61,147 nucleotides of DNA from an uncultured Thermoanaerobaculia bacterium (GTDB lineage Bacteria > Acidobacteriota > Thermoanaerobaculia > Multivoradales > JBCCEF01), in NCBI GenBank assembly GCA_964573125.1, contig CAZNIX010000001.1, positions 1 to 61,147 on the forward strand. Direction: 5' to 3'. A program made the translations under genes and the position numbers. This document shows positions 10,051 through 18,785 of the stretch, in pieces. A model generated the notes under the pieces. It did not search any database. It was not told the origin of the DNA and saw only the letters and a list, made by a program, of their open reading frames with translations. Each line of letters begins with the position of its first letter. Position 1 is the stretch's first letter.

Positions 10051-10923
10051 ATGGACACCGCCCGCACCGCCGCGCAGCTCCGCACCGCGACCCTGCTCTG
10101 GCGGATGCGCGACCGCCGGATCGGCTTCGTGCCGACCATGGGCGCGCTCCACGAGGGGCACCTCGCGCTCGTGCGCCGCGCGCGGGAGCTGTCCGACCGC
10201 GTGGTCGCCTCGGTATTCGTCAACCCGACCCAGTTCGGCGCCGGCGAGGACTACGACGGCTACCCGCGCGACCCGGAGCGCGACGCCGCGCTCCTCGCCG
10301 CGGCCGGCTGCGACCTGCTCTTCCTCCCCGACGTCGACACCGTCTACGCGCCCGGCGACGCCACCGCCGTCGAGGTCGCCGGCCCGCCCGCCGAGGGGCT
10401 CGAGGCCGCCCACCGCCCCGGCCACTTCCGCGGCGTCGCGGCGGTGCTCGTCCGGCTCTTCCACCTGGTCGGCCCCGAGGTCGCGGTCTTCGGCGAGAAG
10501 GACGCCCAGCAGCTCGCGGTCGTGCGCAGGCTCGTGCGCGACCTCCACTTCCCGCTCGAGATCGTGGCCCACCCGACCGTGCGCGAGGCCGACGGCCTCG
10601 CGATGTCGTCGCGCAACGCCCACCTCGACGCCGCCGAGCGCCGCGCGGCGCCCGCGCTCTACCGCGCGCTCTCCGCGGCGCGCGAGGCGATCGCGGAAGG
10701 CGAGCGCGACGCCGGCCGCCTGCGCGCCGCGATGCGCGGCGTGCTCGACGCCGAGCCGCTGGTTACGCCCGAGTACGCCGAGGTGGTCGACGCCGAGACC
10801 TTCCGCCCGGTCGCCCATGCGCACGGCCGCCTGGTGCTGCCGGTCGCGGCGCGCGTCGGCCGCGCGCGGCTGATCGACAACCTCCAGATCGAGATCGACG
10901 GCGCCGCCGAGGCGCCGCGCTGA
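10051..10923 (+). CDS. panC: Pantoate--beta-alanine ligase
   Basis: 290 aa. Motifs: [46 protein letters not shown]. Confidence 0.95.
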   Translation: MDTARTAAQLRTATLLWRMRDRRIGFVPTMGALHEGHLALVRRARELSDRVVASVFVNPTQFGAGEDYDGYPRDPERDAALLAAAGCDLLFLPDVDTVYAPGDATAVEVAGPPAEGLEAAHRPGHFRGVAAVLVRLFHLVGPEVAVFGEKDAQQLAVVRRLVRDLHFPLEIVAHPTVREADGLAMSSRNAHLDAAERRAAPALYRALSAAREAIAEGERDAGRLRAAMRGVLDAEPLVTPEYAEVVDAETFRPVAHAHGRLVLPVAARVGRARLIDNLQIEIDGAAEAPR

Positions 10924-11051
10924 AGCGAGGCGCCGCCGATCCAAGGCGACCCACCGACACGCACTCGAGAACCGAACGCCTCCGAGCGACACCGATCACA
11001 ACGACCGATCCGACCGACACCGACACGACGTCCACCCGAGGAAACCACGCG

Positions 11052-11504
11052 ATGCGCAGGACCCTGTTCAAGTCGAAGATCCACCGCGCCACCGTCACCG
11101 GCGCCGACCTCGACTACCCCGGCTCGGTGACCGTCGACCCGCTGCTGATGGCGGCCGCCGACCTCGTCGAGCACGAGCGGGTCGAGATCTACAACATCAC
11201 CAACGGCGAGCGCTTCGCCACCTACGCGATCTCCGGCGCGCCGGGCGCGGGCGAGATCGTGATCAACGGCGCCGCCGCGCACAAGGCGTCGCCGGGCGAC
11301 CTCGTGATCCTCGCCAGCTACGCCGAGTACGAGGAGGACGAGGCGCGCCGCCACGTGCCGGCCGTGGTGCTGGTCGACGCCGCCAACCGGATCGCCGCGC
11401 GCCCGCCGGCGCCGGCGGTTGCGCCTCCGGCCGTGCCCGCGGAGATGCCGGCCGTCGCGCCCGCACCGCCGCCCGCGGCCGAGCCGATCGCCGCCGCGGG
11501 CTGA
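11052..11504 (+). CDS. panD: Aspartate 1-decarboxylase with Pro/Ala-rich C-terminal extension
   Basis: It begins [29 protein letters not shown] (includes the G-S self-cleavage site) and contains NGAAAH. About 35 extra C-terminal residues are almost only P/A/V. Confidence 0.95.
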   Translation: MRRTLFKSKIHRATVTGADLDYPGSVTVDPLLMAAADLVEHERVEIYNITNGERFATYAISGAPGAGEIVINGAAAHKASPGDLVILASYAEYEEDEARRHVPAVVLVDAANRIAARPPAPAVAPPAVPAEMPAVAPAPPPAAEPIAAAG

Positions 11505-11573
11505 GCCGGGAATCCGATCGCCGGCCGGGCGTAGGCTAGGGCGGCCCAAGACCCCGAGAGGAGGGACGGCACC

Positions 11574-12029
11574 ATGGCACCGACCGAAGACACCCGCGTC
11601 ACGTTCGACCCGATCAAGCTCGAGCAGCAGAAGAAGTACCTCGACCTGCTGGCGGTCTTCCACTACGTGGTCGGCGGCCTCGCGTTCCTGATCTCGCTGT
11701 TCTTCACCATCCACATCACGCTCGGCCTGGCGATCCTCCTCAACCCGGCCGCGTTCGACGGCGCCGACCCGCCGCCGGCTTTCCTCGGCTGCTTCATCGC
11801 CGGCATCGGCGGCACGCTCCTGCTCTCCTTCTGGGCCTACGCGGCTTTCACCGCCTACGCCGGCCGCTGCCTGGCGCGCCGGCGCCGCTGGGTCCTGTGC
11901 CTGGTCTCGGCGGCGATCAGTTGCCTGTTCAGCCCGTTCGGCACCATCCTCGGCATCTTCACCATCATCCTGCTCATGCAGAACGGCGTGCGCGAGGCGC
12001 TGTTCGCGCGCGGCGAGGCCGCGGACTGA
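11574..12029 (+). CDS. Small integral membrane protein, unknown function
   Basis: 151 aa with 3-4 hydrophobic helices ([55 protein letters not shown]). Codon third positions are G/C-rich like the neighbours. I recognise no family. Confidence 0.5.
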   Translation: MAPTEDTRVTFDPIKLEQQKKYLDLLAVFHYVVGGLAFLISLFFTIHITLGLAILLNPAAFDGADPPPAFLGCFIAGIGGTLLLSFWAYAAFTAYAGRCLARRRRWVLCLVSAAISCLFSPFGTILGIFTIILLMQNGVREALFARGEAAD

Positions 12030-12085
12030 GCGGCGCCGCGGCGGCGCCCGCCCCGCGCTATCATCGCCGGCGCAGAGGAGGACCG

Positions 12086-12898
12086 ATGCCCGCCCCCGCC
12101 GTCGCCACCCCGCAGGCGACCACCGAGATCGAGCCGCTGACGATCGCCGGCCGCAGCTTCCGCTCGCGGCTGATCCTCGGCACCGGCAAGTACCCCGATT
12201 TCGAGACCATGGAGGCGGCGCTCGCCGCCTCCGGCACCGAGATGGTCACCGTCGCGCTCCGGCGGGTGAACCTCGACGACCTGGGCAAGGGCTCGCTGAT
12301 CGACCACATCGACCCGGCCAAGTACCTGCTCCTCCCCAACACCGCCGGCTGCTACACCGCGGAGGAGGCCGTGCGCACCGCGCGCCTCGCGCGCGAGCTG
12401 GGGGGCTGGGACTGGATCAAGCTCGAAGTGATCGGCGACCCCAAGACGCTCTTCCCGGACAACGTCGAGCTGCTGCGCGCCACCGAAACCCTGATCGCCG
12501 AGGGCTTCACCGTCCTCCCCTACACCAACGACGACCCGGTGGTGTGCAAGAAGCTCGAGGCGCTCGGCGCGCCGGCGGTGATGCCGCTCGGCGCCCCGAT
12601 CGGCTCCGGCATGGGCGTGCGCAACCCGGCCAACCTGCGCATCATCGTCGAGCAGGCGGGCGTGCCGGTGATCGTCGACGCCGGCGTCGGCACCGCCTCG
12701 GACGCCGCGATCGCGATGGAGCTGGGCGCCGACGGCGTGCTGATGAACACCGGCATCGCCGGCGCCGCCGACCCGGTGCGCATGGCCCGCGCCATGCGCC
12801 TGGCGGTCGAGGCCGGCTGGCTCGCCGCCCACGCCGGCCGCATCCCGAAAAAGCTCTACGCCACCGCCAGCTCGCCGGTCGAGGGGCTGATCGAGTAG
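12086..12898 (+). CDS. thiG: Thiazole synthase
   Basis: ORF 11897..12898. The plausible start is ATG 12086, preceded by GAGGAGG. Motifs: [57 protein letters not shown]. Confidence 0.95.
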   Translation: MPAPAVATPQATTEIEPLTIAGRSFRSRLILGTGKYPDFETMEAALAASGTEMVTVALRRVNLDDLGKGSLIDHIDPAKYLLLPNTAGCYTAEEAVRTARLARELGGWDWIKLEVIGDPKTLFPDNVELLRATETLIAEGFTVLPYTNDDPVVCKKLEALGAPAVMPLGAPIGSGMGVRNPANLRIIVEQAGVPVIVDAGVGTASDAAIAMELGADGVLMNTGIAGAADPVRMARAMRLAVEAGWLAAHAGRIPKKLYATASSPVEGLIE

Positions 12899-12996
12899 GG
12901 GAGTCGGCGCCGGCGGAAGCGGGAATCGCGACCGCCGGCCCAGGGTTGCCAGCCCCGGCGGCTTCGTCTAGAATCCGCCGTCCTGTCAGTTGACGT

Positions 12997-13073
12997 GCAC
13001 CCGTAGCTCAACTGGATAGAGCATCTGACTACGGATCAGAAGGTTTGGGGTTCGAATCCCTACGGGTGCACCA
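12997..13073 (+). tRNA. tRNA-Arg: tRNA-Arg, anticodon ACG, CCA encoded
   Basis: The cloverleaf can be read by eye. The acceptor GCACCCG pairs with CGGGTGC. D arm: GCTC..GAGC. Anticodon stem TCTGA/TCAGA with loop CTACGGA (anticodon ACG). T arm: TGGGG-TTCGAAT-CCCTA. Discriminator A plus CCA follow. Confidence 0.95.
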
Positions 13074-13346
13074 ATAACTCCAATCAGATCAAGCGGTTAG
13101 AGACCGTTAGCACTTCGCGGAGTGCTGACGGTCGGTCTGTCGTTGCTCTATCGTTGCTGGGAAGCCAGCGGTAGGGGTCGGGGCAAGAGTGGCTCGGGCC
13201 GGAAGTGACGCGGTCTCAGTGGGTTGCGGGAGATCGCCGGCGATGGCGATTTAGCGCTCCTTCAACGTGGCATTGTCCCAGGGCGTCTCACCCGGTATCA
13301 TTTCAGCGGCGGCGCAGGCGCCGGATCGGCGAAACAGCCTGGCGTT

Positions 13347-13385
13347 GGGGATAGAGCATCTGACCAGCGATCAGAAGGTCTAGAC
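13347..13385 (+). other. Degenerate partial copy of the tRNA-Arg D-arm/anticodon-arm segment (tRNA remnant)
   Basis: GGGATAGAGCATCTGACCAGCGATCAGAAGGTCT matches tRNA positions 13012-13046 (TGGATAGAGCATCTGACTACGGATCAGAAGGTTT) at most positions. No acceptor or T arm can be folded around it. Confidence 0.6.
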
Positions 13386-13835
13386 CCCGCGGGAGGCAGA
13401 GGACCCAGCAAACTGGCGATGAGGTACCGTGTAGGCGCGGTGAGTACTCTCGCGGCGCCTCCACCAGGGTACGCCGAGGTCTTGACGTCGAAGCCGACGG
13501 CGAGGAAGGGCACGAGGGACTAGCTCGTGAGGGCTCGATGCCAGCCGGCAGATGGTGTACCGTCCTGGCTCTCCCTCGCCAACTCCGACAGCGGAGGTCT
13601 TGTGATGGCGGGTCTGGAAACCGTCTAACCCAAGAGACCGACCGCGATCTCGCCAACTGACAAGACGCCGGATCGTCAGACCAACACCCGGTCAGGCCGC
13701 CGCGTGGCCGCCTGACTCGTAGACGACCCTTGGGAAGCGGCACGCCCTGGGTGGCCACTCTTGCGGAGTACCGTGTAGGATTGGGCGAGCACCAAACTGA
13801 GTAGCACGAGCCCTCTCATCAGCCCGAGGTAAGGC

Positions 13836-14423
13836 ATGCCCCGAAAAGAGGTTTCGCCTGGAACGCCGATCGAGCCGTACAGGCACGAGGAAGAGGAAGC
13901 TCCCAATGTCATCGCTGGGCCTGTGCCCCAAAGCGACAGAAACGTCTCAGACGACAGACCTACTCCGCTAGCTTCCTCCCTAGAGCTGGCGCATCTTCAA
14001 CAGGAGGCGGATCACTATTTCACGGCAGAAGTACAACAGGAGCAGCGTGCGAGCTGGCTACTTGCTCTGTCTCTCGGATATCTCGCCATTCTGCACCAAT
14101 CTACCGACCCAAACTCGCCCTCGCTCTCACTCTTCCGACAGAGTCTCTGGCACACCCTCGGCATTCTTGGCCTTGTCGGATCCATGCTCCTAGCCGTAGT
14201 CGCAATCTGGCCGCTCCACGGCGCAAATGGGAAGCCGGTAAGCCCCTTCTGGCGCCCCGGGACTCAACCACAAACGCACGCTGTCACCCTGGAGGTGATC
14301 CGGCGGCACTACTGCAGCCACCGGTACCGAGCAGAACTCAAGGCCCGCAGGGTCGCCTGGGCCCTCATCCTACTAGTAGCGGGTGCTCTCTGTTCCATTG
14401 CAGGTTTCACGCTAGGCTCCTAG
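13836..14423 (+). CDS. Hypothetical 3-TM membrane protein with acidic/disordered N-terminus
   Basis: 195 aa; the ATG is preceded by GAGGTAAGG. Three hydrophobic helices: WLLALSLGYLAILH, LGILGLVGSMLLAVVAIW, VAWALILLVAGALCSIAGFTL. It sits in the lower-G+C islet, convergent with the STAND gene (27-nt gap). Confidence 0.55.
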   Translation: MPRKEVSPGTPIEPYRHEEEEAPNVIAGPVPQSDRNVSDDRPTPLASSLELAHLQQEADHYFTAEVQQEQRASWLLALSLGYLAILHQSTDPNSPSLSLFRQSLWHTLGILGLVGSMLLAVVAIWPLHGANGKPVSPFWRPGTQPQTHAVTLEVIRRHYCSHRYRAELKARRVAWALILLVAGALCSIAGFTLGS

Positions 14424-14450
14424 CGGCCTGTTGTTGTCTCCAGCCTCCCC

Positions 14451-17400
14451 TCAGATATCAATCTTGAACCTGGTTCGGAGCGATTCTGCGATGCGAACGC
14501 CTTCTCGATTGTCTACGTCAAAATCCAGAATCTTACGGACCAGGGTCCCGCACTGTCTAGCATAGTCAACATAGGAGTCATCAGACTCCGCGAATCTCTC
14601 CTCGGCTAGATCAAACAAGCTGCGCGCGTACTTCATCATCACGAAGACATTGGACCGATCTGCAGCATGAGCCTTGCTGAACTCAGGCAGGGCCGACGCG
14701 TTGTCACCAATACCCAAGAAGAACAAGCCGTAAAGCAGGTGAAACTGCGCCCGATCCGCGCCGGATCGAATCTTGGCCTTGCTCAAGCGTTTGAGGGCTT
14801 CGCTGGCCCTTTCGACCCCGTCCCTCTTGATCGTTAGAGCGGCGTAGGCGCGCACCGCCTCAGGCCCCTTGTCATCCCGCAGCACGGACTCGATGATCGG
14901 CTCCGCGAGGTCAATCCGATCCTCGAAAAGGTAGAGCAACCCCAGCTGGGTCCTGATAGCGTTGATCGGCTTCCTGCTCCTCACCTCGACCTCGTAACAG
15001 AATCGCTCTCCGTCCACCAGCACCGAGATCGCGTCCTCAACCTCGCCGAGTGAGGCATATGTTCGGCCAAGATAAAAATAGGGCCAGGGGTTCCGCTCGG
15101 TGAGTTGTACCGCCCTCTTAAAGACCTTCTCCGCGGTCCCATAATCGCGCTTCCTAAGAGCTAGCCGGCCTTCGACGACGAGAAGACTTACATCCTCAAC
15201 GCCGGAATCGCGAGCGATTCTAACGAGCTCACCAATTGCCTCGTCCTGAAACTGAGTCAGAGCAGTCCTCGCCAGCTCCGCGAGGAGGAGGGTGTCTCGA
15301 CGGTCCTGAGAAAACACCTGCTGAGCGAGAGGCAGAGCTATGTGAAAGCGTCCGCACTTTGCTTCGACCTGAGCTGAGAGTCGTAAGAGTTCACGGGTCT
15401 CCCGGCGGGAAAGCAATGGTCGCAGAATTCCCGCAGCCTCCTCATATCGTTGCTGCTCCATAAATGCCTTAACCGTGGCGACTGCGCCATCAATCAATCG
15501 GGTGGGCGATCTAACTGTGAGACCCACCAGCAATGCGTGGTACTCGGCCTCAACAAGACTGGCCAGATCGGGGGCATCAGCGCTGCTGAGGGCTTCATAC
15601 GCGCTAGCCGCCTCTTTGTGAAAGTTTTCGACAAGCTCGGATGAAAGAAGCTCTGCACTGAAATAGTCCCTCAGCACTGCAGCCAACTCGATTCGATCCG
15701 GGCCATTAGGCTCGACCGCCCCAAGTGCGACTAGATTTCTGAGGGGCTCCGCTACCGGAAAACCGACAACCATGGGGATAACACCACGAGGCAGAGATGT
15801 CCTAGCCAAGTTTAGGATCCGAAGGAGCACCTTCTGCTCGTCATTCAGCTGCATGCCCTCAACAAGCCGCGAAACGAAATTTAGGACGAACCCCTTCCTA
15901 TGCCTCAATTCCTCAAGAAGATCCGATAACCCCTGCTCATAAATGGCGTCTGCAGCCAATTCGATGGCCTTGGGATGGCCGCCCAAACGCTCTACTATCT
16001 CCTCCTTCAGAGCCCCAGAGACGTCCTTGCCAGAGAAGCCAACGCGGCGAAGCTGAGCATCGAGAACCCGAACGCCGAACTCTGATCTCTTCCCATCGAG
16101 ACCACGAATCAGCAGCCGCGTTCGTACGGCTTGATCAGCCAGCTCCAGAGGGAGCTGATGCCGTGTCTCGAAGATGACTTTTGTGCCAACCTCCGCCGCG
16201 ACCTCAACTAGGGCATTGAGAACGGCCGGACTCGCGGGGTCTCGCCATCGGCTCCACTCCAGGAGGTGGTCGGCTCGCTCGATAAGTAGCACGGAACAAT
16301 TGGCAACGACACGGCGGAACTCTGCCGCGTTCACGATGTCCAACGGCTCCGACTGCAAATCACCACGGGCATCACCGCGCTGCATAATAGCGGCTAACAA
16401 ATACTCTAAGGAGGATGTTTCAGTGAGCCGGACATGCCTAGGGATCTTCATCCCGGCCTCAGAGAAAGCCCGTCTGAGTGCCGAACTCTTCCCTATCTCC
16501 GCGAGGCCGTGAACATCCAGGACTGATAGAGCCGGATGGTCAAGAAACTCAAGAATGCGGCGGACCTCTTCATCTCGGTCGATAACATTTCTGGCATCGA
16601 TCGAGGGTCGCCTACTTGGCAGAGCCTCTGTCATTGCATGTCGCCGACAGGCGACGAGATACGCGGCCAGCTCTACGAGCACATCAGGCTTGCTGGCCTG
16701 GCCAGCGCCAATGCGGGTAGTCAGGTCGGCTTGGCAAAAGGCTGCTAAGTCGGACTCCAAAGAAGTCAGGTCAGTGAGGGTCTGGAGCTGGCAATCGTCA
16801 CCGAGGACATCCCACAGATCCTCGGCGGGTGCGCCGCGTTGCTCCGTCTCCAGTAAGCTCGTGAGCTTCCTTTGCTGAAGAGGACCAGGCCCCAGCGTTT
16901 CGAGGATCTCTCGCAGCGTCGTGGAGCGCTCCGCTGATGAATCCGTAGCAGCACGGAGCCGAGCTACCTCTGCCGAGACGTTGAGGGAGGAGGTACCTTG
17001 ATAGACCACCTCTGCGAGTCGTACAAGGCGGAAGGCCTGCCGAGGTTTCGCTGTACTCACCTCAACGGCTACCACCTCAAGATCTAGATCGACAACGAGA
17101 ATCGAGTCGACCGCGGGCAGGCCGCGCGGGAAGGTAGGATGGAACCAGTCGGCTGTTCTCGAATCGACGACGGCTCCAAAGCGCGAGCCGCCCCACTGCG
17201 CGTCATTGCAGAGGACAACAGCGTGCCGGTTCCTGACCTGCTGTTCAATGAAACTGGAGAACTGCTCAGGCCGATGGTCGTAAGCGATGGCAGCGGCTAG
17301 GCTGTACTGATGCCTCACTCCTTCGAACTGGAGCGCATCGGAGCAGATCAGTGGCAATACTTTGACCGACTCGTTATTAAGTGTAACGTCGATTGGCTGC

Positions 17401-17948
17401 GGCTTTGGTATAGCTGGATCTGGAGAAAAGAGGTTGGCTGTCTCATACGGGGAGCGTGTGGTTTTTGGAACGAGAGTCGCCCTACCCGACCGGATGAGTG
17501 CAAGGACGTTGGTGGCTCGATATTTTGAACATATTCTGGCAACGTTCTTTTTGTCGATGCCGAGTTGGCTGTAGGTGCGAAGCGCAGATTGAGTTCGTAG
17601 TGGTGTATGGGATCCCGCCAGAACTGTACCACCCGTTCGAGCCGACCAATCCGCAATGACTTCAAGGGCGTCTACAGGCACGGCCCCCTCAGGGAAGAGG
17701 ACGAGATCGGGCTCCAGGGGGCTCACCCAGTCCAGAACACCACCGAGTCTGGCCTTCTGCCACTCCGTGTAGCGCTGCTGACAGTGTATCTGCAGGCTGA
17801 GAACGTCCAGTCCCCTCGCGGCGAGTTTCGCGAGACTCGCGGCATCAGGGGCGTCCGGGAGAAACGGCTCCTGAAGGAAGGCCGTTCTTCCAGCTTCGAG
17901 GGCCGGATGCGAGCGGAGCTGGCACAGAGCGATGCGGATTCTTCTCAT
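14451..17948 (-). CDS. C-N hydrolase (nitrilase superfamily) - STAND P-loop NTPase - TPR repeat fusion protein; candidate NLR/Avs-like defence sensor
   Basis: This is a single 1165-aa ORF with markedly lower G+C than its flanks. aa 1-300 carry the nitrilase contexts IALCQ..DLVLFPE (E87), LVPKTTRSPYE (K162) and VLPLICSDALQFE (C202). Walker A is GLAEIGKSS (aa 481-489; nt 16485-16508) and a Walker B-like SVLLIERAD lies at aa 552-560. The C-terminal ~330 aa are TPR-like helices (PWPYFYLGRTYASLGEVEDAISVL, FHLLYGLFFLGIGDNASALPEF). Confidence 0.85.
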   Translation of the reverse strand: MRRIRIALCQLRSHPALEAGRTAFLQEPFLPDAPDAASLAKLAARGLDVLSLQIHCQQRYTEWQKARLGGVLDWVSPLEPDLVLFPEGAVPVDALEVIADWSARTGGTVLAGSHTPLRTQSALRTYSQLGIDKKNVARICSKYRATNVLALIRSGRATLVPKTTRSPYETANLFSPDPAIPKPQPIDVTLNNESVKVLPLICSDALQFEGVRHQYSLAAAIAYDHRPEQFSSFIEQQVRNRHAVVLCNDAQWGGSRFGAVVDSRTADWFHPTFPRGLPAVDSILVVDLDLEVVAVEVSTAKPRQAFRLVRLAEVVYQGTSSLNVSAEVARLRAATDSSAERSTTLREILETLGPGPLQQRKLTSLLETEQRGAPAEDLWDVLGDDCQLQTLTDLTSLESDLAAFCQADLTTRIGAGQASKPDVLVELAAYLVACRRHAMTEALPSRRPSIDARNVIDRDEEVRRILEFLDHPALSVLDVHGLAEIGKSSALRRAFSEAGMKIPRHVRLTETSSLEYLLAAIMQRGDARGDLQSEPLDIVNAAEFRRVVANCSVLLIERADHLLEWSRWRDPASPAVLNALVEVAAEVGTKVIFETRHQLPLELADQAVRTRLLIRGLDGKRSEFGVRVLDAQLRRVGFSGKDVSGALKEEIVERLGGHPKAIELAADAIYEQGLSDLLEELRHRKGFVLNFVSRLVEGMQLNDEQKVLLRILNLARTSLPRGVIPMVVGFPVAEPLRNLVALGAVEPNGPDRIELAAVLRDYFSAELLSSELVENFHKEAASAYEALSSADAPDLASLVEAEYHALLVGLTVRSPTRLIDGAVATVKAFMEQQRYEEAAGILRPLLSRRETRELLRLSAQVEAKCGRFHIALPLAQQVFSQDRRDTLLLAELARTALTQFQDEAIGELVRIARDSGVEDVSLLVVEGRLALRKRDYGTAEKVFKRAVQLTERNPWPYFYLGRTYASLGEVEDAISVLVDGERFCYEVEVRSRKPINAIRTQLGLLYLFEDRIDLAEPIIESVLRDDKGPEAVRAYAALTIKRDGVERASEALKRLSKAKIRSGADRAQFHLLYGLFFLGIGDNASALPEFSKAHAADRSNVFVMMKYARSLFDLAEERFAESDDSYVDYARQCGTLVRKILDFDVDNREGVRIAESLRTRFKIDI

Positions 17949-18107
17949 TCCTGATCAGCATGTGTGGAGAGCGTCAACCACCTGTATCGCCGGAGTTCCC
18001 GCGAGCCCAGCGGTTCCTGGGAGGATCGCCATTCTGTGAGCGTAGACGGGGACGGGCGCTGGCGCAACCTTATGCCCAATTAGCAAAGGGCGTAAGAGTC
18101 CGCCCTC

Positions 18108-18734
18108 TCATGAGCAACCACGACCCGGGGCGGGCCGGAGCAGGAGCAGCGCCAGGAGGCCCGCTACGAGCAGGCCGAGATCCTGGGTCACCCCCAGAGT
18201 GAAAGCGGCGGTGCCGCCGATGGCGGCCCAGAGGATCGGGATCACCAGCAGATAGCGCGACCGGCCGGGCTGCGTCCAGGCCAGGAGGCCGAGCGTGAAG
18301 ATGGTCGTCGGGCAGGGCACACCGAGCACCGGTAGCTCTCGCAGGGGGTGGCCGGACAGGAGGCCCCACGCGGGATAGACCAGCAGCGCGAAGCCGATCA
18401 TCGAAGCGCCCAGCGCACCGCGCCACGAGCCCGTGGCGAAGCGGATCCGCCGCCGCCACGCCGCCACCAGAAAGAGGATGGCCTGAGCGACGAACATCCC
18501 CCCGAAGATCGTCGCGGCGGGGTTGATCGGGCGGAAGAAGAGCCAGTGGTAGAAAACGCCAGTCCAGGCCCACAGCAGAGCGAGGAGCGCCGCCGCCGGC
18601 ATGCTCCGACCGCGAGCCGCGAGCACGACCGCCGAGAGCGCGAGAACGTAGAGAAGCACCTGCGCCGGCCACACGGCGTCGTTGTAGTCGGCGAAGACGG
18701 CGAAGAACTGCTCGCGTGTGAAGGGAAGTCCCAA
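18108..18734 (-). CDS. DUF6064-like integral membrane protein
   Basis: 208 aa, multi-TM. The N-terminal PFTREQFFAVFADYNDAVWPAQ is the motif I associate with the DUF6064 family. G+C is high, like the core genome. Confidence 0.6.
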   Translation of the reverse strand: MGLPFTREQFFAVFADYNDAVWPAQVLLYVLALSAVVLAARGRSMPAAALLALLWAWTGVFYHWLFFRPINPAATIFGGMFVAQAILFLVAAWRRRIRFATGSWRGALGASMIGFALLVYPAWGLLSGHPLRELPVLGVPCPTTIFTLGLLAWTQPGRSRYLLVIPILWAAIGGTAAFTLGVTQDLGLLVAGLLALLLLRPAPGRGCS

Positions 18735-18785
18735 GGATCGATCCCCTCTCCGAACCTCCGAACGCCAGCGTGGCGCCCTTGCTCG

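Noticed and set aside
12030-12085. TPP (THI-box) riboswitch upstream of thiG
   Set aside because: Only 56 nt separate the preceding stop from the thiG start, which is too short for a THI element, and there is no CTGAGA core. The only structure is a short GGCGCCG-CGG-CGGCGCC hairpin.
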